From NCBI RefSeq assembly GCF_964355755.1, contig NC_092670.1, forward strand, positions 27,578,388 to 27,642,387: a DNA stretch of 64,000 bases. The letters run 5' to 3'. The notes beneath the pieces are model-generated. The model was not told the origin of the DNA. It did no database searches and was given only the letters and a program-made list of their open reading frames with translations. The DNA is from Antedon mediterranea. Its lineage: Eukaryota > Animalia > Echinodermata. The number at the start of each line of letters is the position of its first letter. Within the stretch, counting starts at the first letter, position 1. This document shows positions 1-9,600 of the stretch, piece after piece. The position numbers and the translations under genes are program-made.

Positions 1-30
1 CTCCAAATGCGATTTGAAGCTATTCTAAGC

Positions 31-117
31 ACTTTGCTGTTTTGTGTGAATAATTTTTGTCGAAATGCTCAAAATGGTCAAAAACGTTTTTAAATACGAT
101 ATTAAGCTATTTTGTGC
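31..117 (+). repeat. Representative B-type divergent monomer (87 bp), first half of the B-C dimer
   Basis: actttgctgttttgtgtgaataatttttgtcgaaatgctcaaaatggtcaaaaacgtttttaaatacgatattaagctattttgtgc aligns colinearly with A from actttg but carries many fixed differences. Confidence 0.93.
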
Positions 118-194
118 TCTTTGATGTTTTTGTGTGAAAAGTTTTATCGAAATGCTCAAAATGGTCTAAAACGGTTTCTAATGTGATTTTAAGC
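118..194 (+). repeat. Representative C-type divergent monomer (77 bp), second half of the B-C dimer
   Basis: tctttgatgtttttgtgtgaaaagttttatcgaaatgctcaaaatggtctaaaacggtttctaatgtgattttaagc shares tgtgtgaa and cgaaatgctcaaaatggtc with B and lacks 10 bp of A (gattt[gaagctattc]taagc). Confidence 0.93.
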
Positions 195-3100
195 ACTTTG
201 ATGTTTTTATGTTAACAACTTTTTTAGAAAATCACAAAATGGTCTAAAACGTCTCCAAATGCGATTTGAAGCAATTCTAAGCACTTTGGTGTTTTTATGG
301 TAACGAGTTTTTTTGAATATCACAAAATGGTCTAAAATGTCTCCAAATGCGATTTGAAGCTTTTCTAAGCACTTTGGTGTTTTTATGTTAACAAGTTTTT
401 TCGAAAATCACAAAATGGTCTAAAACGTCTCCAAATGCGATTTGAAGCTATTCTGTACACTTTGCTGTTTTGTGTGAATAATTTTTGTCGAAATGCTCAA
501 AATGGTCAAAAACGTTTTTAAATACGATATTAAGCTATTTTGTGCTCTTTGATGTTTTTGTGTGAAAAGTTTTATCGAAATGCTCAAAATGGTCTAAAAC
601 GGTTTCTAATGTGATTTTAAGCACTTTGATGTTTTTATGTTAACAACTTTTTTAGAAAATCACAAAATGGTCTAAAACGTCTCCAAATGCGATTTGAAGC
701 AATTCTAAGCACTTTGGTGTTTTTATGGTAACGAGTTTTTTTGAATATCACAAAATGGTCTAAAATGTCTCCAAATGCGATTTGAAGCTTTTCTAAGCAC
801 TTTGGTGTTTTTATGGTAACGAGTTATTTCGAAAATCACAAAATGGTCTAAAACGTCTCCAAATGCGATTTGAAGCTATTCTGTACACTTTGCTGTTTTG
901 TGTGAATAATTTTTGTCAAAATGCTCAAAATGGTCAAAAACGTTTTTAAATACTATATTAAGCTATTTTGTGCTCTTTGATGTTTTTGTGTGAAAAGTTT
1001 TATCGAAATGCTCAAAATGGTCTCAAACGGTTTCTAATGTGATTTTAAGCACTTTGATGTTTTTATGTTAACAACTTTTTTAGAAAATTACAAAATGGTG
1101 TAAAACGTCTCCAAATGCGATTTGAAGCTATTCTAAGCAATTTGGTGTTTTTATGTTAACAAGTTTTTTCGAAAATCACAAAATTGTCTAAAACGTCTCC
1201 AAATGCGATTTGAAGCTATTCTAAGCACTTTTGTGTTTTTATGTTAACAAGTTTTTTCGAAAATCACAAAATGGTCTAAAATGTCTCCAAATGCGATTTG
1301 AAGCTTTTCTAAGCACTTTTGTGTTTTTATGTTTACAAGTTTTTTCGAAAATCACAAAATGGTCTAAAACGTCTCCAAATGCGATTTGAAGCTATTCTGT
1401 ACACTTTGCTGTTTTGTGTGAATAATTTTTGTCAAAATGCTCAAAATGGTCAAAAACGTTTTTAAATACTATATTAAGCTATTTTGTGTTCTTTGATGTT
1501 TTTATGTGAAAAGTTTTATCGTAATGCTCAAAATGGTCTAAAACGGTTTCTAATGTGATTTTAAGAACTTTGATGTTTTTATGTTAAAAACTTTTTTAGA
1601 AAATCACAAAATGGTCTAAAACGTCTCCAAATGCGATTTGAAGCAAATCTAAGCACTTTGGTGTTTTTATGTTAACACGTTTTTTCGAAAATCACAAAAT
1701 GGTCTACAACGTCTCCAAATGCGATTTGAAGCTATTCTAAGCACTTTGGTGTTTTTATGTTAACAAGTTTTTTCGAAAATCACAAAGTGGTATAAAACGT
1801 CTCCAAATGCGATTTTAAGGTATTCTAAGCACTTTGGTGTTTTTATGTTAACAAGTTTTTTCGAAAATCACAAAATGGTCTAAAACGTCTCCAAATGTGA
1901 TTTGAAGCTATTCTAAACACTTTGGTGTTTTTATGTTAACAAGTTTTTTCGAAAATCACAAATTGGTCTAAAACGTCTCCAAATGCGATTTGAAGCTATT
2001 TTAAGCACTTTGGTGTTTTTGTGTAACCAAGTTTTTTCGAAAATCACAAAAGGGTCTAAAATGTCTCAAAATGCGATTTGAAGCTATTCTGTACACTTTG
2101 ATGTTTTTATGTTAACAACTTTTTTAGAAAATCACAAAATGGTCTAAAACGTCTCCAAATGCGATTTGAAGCAATTCTAAGCACTTTGGTGTTTTTATGG
2201 TAACGAGTTTTTTTGAATATCACAAAATGGTCTAAAATGTCTCCAAATGCGATTTGAAGCTTTTCTAAGCACTTTGGTGTTTTTATGTTAACAAGTTTTT
2301 TCGAAAATCACAAAATGGTCTAAAACGTCTCCAAATGCGATTTGAAGCTATTCTGTACACTTTGCTGTTTTGTGTGAATAATTTTTGTCGAAATGCTCAA
2401 AATGGTCAAAAACGTTTTTAAATACGATATTAAGCTATTTTGTGCTCTTTGATGTTTTTGTGTGAAAAGTTTTATCGAAATGCTCAAAATGGTCTAAAAC
2501 GGTTTCTAATGTGATTTTAAGCACTTTAATGTTTTTATGTTAACAACTTTTTTAGAAAATCACAAAAGGGTCTAAAATGTCTCAAAATGCGATTTGAAGC
2601 TTTTCTAAGCACTTTGGTGTTTTTATGGTAACGAGTTATTTCGAAAATCACAAAAGGGTCTAAAATGTCTCAAAATGCGATTTGAAGCTTTTCTAAGCAC
2701 TTTGGTGTTTTTATGGTAACGAATTATTTCGAAAATCACAAAATGGTCTAAAACGTCTCCAAATGCGATTTGAAGCTATTCTGTACACTTTGCTGTTTTG
2801 TGTGAATAATTTTTGTCAAAATGCTCAAAATGGTCAAAAACGTTTTTAAATACTATATTAAGCTATTTTGTGCTCTTTGATGTTTTTGTGTGAAAAGTTT
2901 TATCGAAATGCTCAAAATGGTCTAAAACGGTTTCTAATGTGATTTTAAGCACTTTGATGTTTTTATGTTAACAACTTTTTTAGAAAATTACAAAATGGTG
3001 TAAAACGTCTCCAAATGCGATTTGAAGCTATTCTAAGCAATTTCGTGTTTTTATGTTAACAAGTTTTTTCGAAAATCACAAAATGGTCTAAAACGTCTCC

Positions 3101-4600
3101 AAATGCGATTTGAAGCTATTCTAAGCACTTTTGTGTTTTTATGTTAACAAGTTTTTTCGAAAATCACAAAATGGTCTAAAATGTCTCCAAATGCGATTTG
3201 AAGCTTTTCTAAGCACTTTTGTGTTTTTATGTTTACAAGTTTTTTCGAAAATCACAAAATGGTCTAAAACGTCTCCAAATGCGATTTGAAGCTATTCTGT
3301 ACACTTTGCTGTTTTGTGTGAATAATTTTTGTCAAAATGCTCAAAATGGTCAAAAACGTTTTTAAATACTATATTAAGCTATTTTGTGTTCTTTGATGTT
3401 TTTATGTGAAAAGTTTTATCGAAATGCTCAAAATGGTCTAAAACGGTTTCTAATGTGATTTTAAGAACTTTGATGTTTTTATGTTAAAAACTTTTTTAGA
3501 AAATCACAAAATGGTCTAAAACGTCTCCAAATGCGATTTGAAGCAATTCTAAGCACTTTGGTGTTTTTATGTTAACACGTTTTTTCGAAAATCACAAAAT
3601 GGTCTACAACGTCTCCAAATGCGATTTGAAGCTATTCTAAGCACTTTGGTGTTTTTATGTTAACAAGTTTTTTCGAAAATCACAAAGTGGTATAAAACGT
3701 CTCCAAATGCGACTTTAAGGTATTCTAAGCACTTTGGTGTTTTTATGTTAACAAGTTTTTTCGAAAATCACAAAATGGTCTAAAACGTCTCCAAATGTGA
3801 TTTGAAGCTATTCTAAACACTTTGGTGTTTTTATGTTAACAAGTTTTTTCGAAAATCACAAATTGGTCTAAAACGTCTCCAAATGCGATTTGAAGCTATT
3901 TTAAGCACTTTGGTGTTTTTGTGTAACCAAGTTTTTTCGAAAATCACAAAAGGGTCTAAAATGTCTCAAAATGCGATTTGAAGCTATTCTGTACACTTTG
4001 ATGTTTTTATGTTAACAACTTTTTTAGAAAATCACAAAATGGTCTAAAACGTCTCCAAATGCGATTTGAAGCAATTCTAAGCACTTTGGTGTTTTTATGG
4101 TAACGAGTTTTTTTGAATATCACAAAATGGTCTAAAATGTCTCCAAATGCGATTTGAAGCTTTTCTAAGCACTTTGGTGTTTTTATGTTAACAAGTTTTT
4201 TCGAAAATCACAAAATGGTCTAAAACGTCTCCAAATGCGATTTGAAGCTATTCTGTACACTTTGCTGTTTTGTGTGAATAATTTTTGTCGAAATGCTCAA
4301 AATGGTCAAAAACGTTTTTAAATACGATATTAAGCTATTTTGTGCTCTTTTTGTGTGAAAAGTTTTATCGAAATGCTCAAAATGGTCTAAAACGGTTTCT
4401 AATGTGATTTTAAGCACTTTAATGTTTTTATGTTAACAACTTTTTTAGAAAATCACAAAATGGTCTAAAACGTCTCCAAATGCGATTTGAAGCAATTCTA
4501 AGCACTTTGGTGTTTTTATGGTAACGAGTTTTTTTGAATATCACAAAATGGTCTAAAATGTCTCCAAATGCGATTTAAAGCTTTTCTAAGCACTTTGGTG
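195..4600 (+). repeat. Local higher-order repeat, period 1900 bp (16 A + 3 BC), ~2.3 copies
   Basis: ggtctacaac at 1701 and 3601; atgtttttatgttaacaact at 201, 2101 and 4001; rare actttaatg at ~2523 and ~4416; 16x88 + 3x164 = 1900. Confidence 0.9.
341..428 (+). repeat. Representative A-type monomer (88 bp)
   Basis: Matches the majority consensus except gcttttc for gctattc (creates AAGCTT). Contains GTTAAC and TTCGAA; CGTCTC spans the monomer boundary. Confidence 0.97.
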
Positions 4601-6645
4601 TTTTTATGTTTACAAGTTTTTTCGAAAATCACAAAATGGTCTAAAACGGCTCCAAATACGATTTGAAGCTATTCTAAGCACTTTGGTGTTTTTATGTTAA
4701 CAAGTTTTTTCGAAAATCACAAAATGGTCTAAAACGTCTCCAAATGCGATTTGAAGCTATTCTAAGCACTTTGGTGTTTTTATGTTAACAAGTTTTTTCG
4801 AAAATCACAAAATGGTGTAAAACGTCTCCAAATGCGATTTGAAGCTATTCTAAGCAATTTTGTGTTTTTATGTTAACAAGTTTTTTCGAAAATCACAAAA
4901 TGGTCTAAAACGTCTCCAAATGCGATTTGAAGCTATTCTAAGCACTTTTGTGTTTTTATGTTAACAAGTTTTTTCGAAAATCACAAAATGGTCTAAAATG
5001 TCTCAAAATGCGATTTGAAGCTATTCTGTACACTTTGCTGTTTTGTGTGAATAATTTTTGTCAAAATGCTCAAAATGGTCAAAAACGTTTTTAAATACTA
5101 TATTAAGCTATTTTGTGTTCTTTGATGTTTTTGTGTGAAAAGTTTTTTCGAAATGCTCAAAATGGTCTAAAACGGTTTCTAATGTGATTTTAAGCACTTT
5201 GATGTTTTTATGTTAACAACTTTTTTAGAAAATTACAAAATGGTCTAAAACGTCTCCAAATGCGATTTTAAGGTATTCTAAGCACTTTGGTGTTTTTATG
5301 TTAACAAGTTTTTTCGAAAATCACAAAATGGTCTAAAACGTCTACAAATGCGATTTGAAGCTATTCTAAGCACTTTGGTGTTTTTATGTTAACAAGTTTT
5401 TTCGAAAATCACAAAATGGTATAAAACGTCTCCAAATGCGATTTGAAGATTTTCTAAGCACTTTGGTGTTTTTATGTTTACAAGTTTTTTCGAAAATCAC
5501 AAAATGGTCTAAAACGTCTCCAAATGCGATTTGAAGCTATTCTGTACACTTTGCTGTTTTGTGTGAATAATTTTGTCAAAATGCTCAAAATGGTCAAAAA
5601 CGTTTTTAAATACTATATTAAGCTATTTTGTGTTCTTTGATGTTTTTGTGTGAAAAGTTTTATCGAAATGCTCAAAATGGTCTAAAACGGTTTCTAATGA
5701 AATGATTTTAAGAACTTTGATGTTTTTATGTTAACAACTTTTTTAGAAAATCACAAAATGGTCTAAAACGTCTCCAAATGCGATTTGAAGCAATTCTAAG
5801 CACTTTGGTGTTTTTATGTTAACAAGTTTTTTCGAAAATCACAAAATGGTATAAAACGTCTCCAAATGCGATTTTAAGGTATTCTAAGCACTTTGGTGTT
5901 TTTATGTTAACAAGTTTTTTCGAAAATCACAAAATGGTCTAAAACGTCTACAAATGCGATTTGAAGCTTTTCTAAGCACTTTGGTGTTTTTATGTTAACA
6001 AGTTTTTTCGAAAATCACAAAATGGTATAAAACGTCTCCAAATGCGATTTTAAGCTATTCTAAGCAATTTGGTGTTTTTATGTTAACAAGTTTTTTTGAA
6101 AATCACAAAATCGTCTAAAACGTCTCCAAATGCGATTTGAAGCTATTCTGTACACTTTGCTGTTTTGTGTGAATAATTTTTGTCGAAATGCTCAAAATGG
6201 TCAAAAACGTTTTTAAATACGATATTAAGCTATTTTGTGCTCTTTGATGTTTTTGTGTGAAAAGTTTTATCGAAATGCTCAAAATGGTCTAAAACGGTTT
6301 CTAATGTGATTTTAAGCACTTTGATGTTTTTATGTTAACAACTTTTTTAGAAAATCACAAAATGGTCTAAAACGTCTCCAAATGCGATTTGAAGTAATTC
6401 TAAGCACTTTGGTGTTTTTATGGTAACGAGTTTTTTTGAATATCACAAAATGGTCTAAAATGTCTCCAAATGCGATTTGAAGCTTTTCTAAGCACTTTAG
6501 TGTTTTTATGGTAACGAGTTATTTCGAAAATCACAAAATGGTCTAAAACGTCTCCAAATGCGATTTGAAGCTATTCTGTACACTTTGCTGTTTTGTGTGA
6601 ATAATTTTTGTCAAAATGCTCAAAATGGTCAAAAACGTTTTTTAA

Positions 6646-9600
6646 TTTACAAGTTTTTTCGAAAATCACAAAATGGTCTAAAACGGCTCCAAATACGATT
6701 TGAAGCTATTCTAAGCACTTTGGTGTTTTTATGTTAACAAGTTTTTTCGAAAATCACAAAATGGTCTAAAACGTCTCCAAATGCGATTTGAAGCTATTCT
6801 AAGCACTTTGGTGTTTTTATGTTAACAAGTTTTTTCGAAAATCACAAAATGGTGTAAAACGTCTCCAAATGCGATTTGAAGCTATTCTAAGCAATTTTGT
6901 GTTTTTATGTTAACAAGTTTTTTCGAAAATCACAAAATGGTCTAAAACGTCTCCAAATGCGATTTGAAGCTATTCTAAGCACTTTTGTGTTTTTATGTTA
7001 ACAAGTTTTTTCGAAAATCACAAAATGGTCTAAAATGTCTCAAAATGCGATTTGAAGCTATTCTGTACACTTTGCTGTTTTGTGTGAATAATTTTTGTCA
7101 AAATGCTCAAAATGGTCAAAAACGTTTTTAAATACTATATTAAGCTATTTTGTGTTCTTTGATGTTTTTGTGTGAAAAGTTTTTTCGAAATGCTCAAAAT
7201 GGTCTAAAACGGTTTCTAATGTGATTTTAAGCACTTTGATGTTTTTATGTTAACAACTTTTTTAGAAAATTACAAAATGGTCTAAAACGTCTCCAAATGC
7301 GATTTGAAGCAATTCTAAGCACTTTGGTGTTTTTATGTTAACAAGTTTTTTCGAAAATCACAAAATGGTCTAAAACGTCTCCAAATGCGATTTGAAGCTA
7401 TTCTGTACACTTTGCTGTTTTGTGTGAATAATTTTTGTTGAAATGCTTAAAATGGTCAAAAACGTTTTTAAATACGATATTAAGCTATTTTTTGCTCTTT
7501 GATGTTTTTGTGTGAAAAGTTTTATCGAAATGCTCAAAATGGTCTAAAACGGTTTCTAATGTGATTTTAAGCACTTTGGTGTTTTTATGTTAACAATTTT
7601 TTTCGAAAATCACAAAATGGTCTAAAATGTCTCCAAATGCGATTTGAAGCTTTTCTAAGCACTTTGGTGTTTTTATGTTAACAAGTTTTTTCGAAAATCA
7701 CAAAATGGTCTAAAACGTCTCCAAATGTGATTTGAAGCTATTCTAAACACTTTGGTGTTTTTATGTTAACAAGTTTTTTCGAAAATCACAAATTGGTCTA
7801 AAACGTCTCCAAATGCGATTTGAAGCTATTTTAAGCACTTTGGTGTTTTTGTGTAACCAAGTTTTTTCGAAAATCACAAAAGGGTCTAAAATGTCTCAAA
7901 ATGCGATTTGAAGCTATTCTGTACACTTTGATGTTTTTTTGTTAACAAGTTTTTTCGAAAGTCACAAAATGGTCTAAAAAGTCTCCAAATGCGATTTGAA
8001 GCTATTCTAAGCACTTTGGTGTTTTTATGTTAACAAGTTTTATCGAAAATCACAAAATGGTGTAAAACGTCTCCAAATGCGATTTGAAGCTATTCTAAGC
8101 ACTTTGGTGTTTTTATGTTAACAAGTTTTTTCGAAAATCACAAAATGGTGTAAAACGTCTCCAAATGCGATTTTAAGCTATTCTAAGCAATTTGGTGTTT
8201 TTATGTTAACAAGTTTTTTCGAAAATCACAAAATGGTCTAAAACGTCTCCAAATGCGATTTGAAGCTATTCTGTACACTTTGCTGTTTTGTGAGAATAAT
8301 TTTTGTCGAAATGCTCAAAATGGTCAAAAACGTTTTTAAATACGATATTAAGCTATTTTGTGCTCTTTGATGTTTTTGTGTGAAAAGTTTTATCGAAATG
8401 CTCAAAATGGTCTAAAACGGTTTCTAATGTGATTTTAAGCACTTTGATGTTTTTATGTTAACAACTTTTTTAGAAAATTACAAAATGGTGTAAAACGTCT
8501 CCAAATGCGATTTGAAGCTATTCTAAGCAATTTCGTGTTTTTATGTTAACAAGTTTTTTCGAAAATCACAAAATGGTCTAAAACGTCTCCAAATGCGATT
8601 TGAAGCTATTCTAAGCACTTTTGTGTTTTTATGTTAACAAGTTTTTTCGAAAATCACAAAATGGTCTAAAATGTCTCCAAATGCGATTTTAAGGTATTCT
8701 AAGCACTTTGGTGTTTTTATGTTAACAAGTTTTTTCGAAAATCACAAAATGGTCTAAAACGTCTACAAATGCGATTTGAAGCTATTCTAAGCACTTTGGT
8801 GTTTTTATGTTAACAAGTTTTTTCGAAAATCACAAAATGGTATAAAACGTCTCCAAATGCGATTTGAAGATTTTCTAAGCACTTTGGTGTTTTTATGTTT
8901 ACAAGTTTTTTCGAAAATCACAAAATGGTCTAAAACGTCTCCAAATGCGATTTGAAGCTATTCTGTACACTTTGCTGTTTTGTGTGAATAATTTTGTCAA
9001 AATGCTCAAAATGGTCAAAAACGTTTTTAAATACTATATTAAGCTATTTTGTGTTCTTTGATGTTTTTGTGTGAAAAGTTTTATCGAAATGCTCAAAATG
9101 GTCTAAAACGGTTTCTAATGAAATGATTTTAAGAACTTTGATGTTTTTATGTTAACAACTTTTTTAGAAAATCACAAAATGGTCTAAAACGTCTCCAAAT
9201 GCGATTTGAAGCAATTCTAAGCACTTTGGTGTTTTTATGTTAACAAGTTTTTTCAAAAATCACAAAATGGTATAAAACGTCTCCAAATGCGATTTTAAGG
9301 TATTCTAAGCACTTTGGTGTTTTTATGTTAACAAGTTTTTTCGAAAATCACAAAATGGTCTAAAACGTCTACAAATGCGATTTGAAGCTATTCTAAGCAC
9401 TTTGGTGTTTTTATGTTAACAAGTTTTTTCGAAAATCACAAAATGGTATAAAACGTCTCCAAATGCGATTTTAAGCTATTCTAAGCAATTTGGTGTTTTT
9501 ATGTTAACAAGTTTTTTCGAAAATCACAAAATGGTCGAAAATGTCACAAAATGCGATTTGAAGCTATTCTAAGCACTTTGGTGTTATTATGTTAACAAGT

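Noticed and set aside
397-408. TTTTCGAAAA as a heat-shock element or CENP-B box
   Set aside because: HSEs need nTTCnnGAAn spacing, whereas this is TTCGAA; the CENP-B box needs TTCG....A..CGGG, and CGGG is absent.
4220-4417. 65-aa minus-strand ORF
   Set aside because: Lies wholly in satellite monomers and is open only because of a private 7-bp deletion; starts at a non-ATG codon and resembles no protein I recognise.
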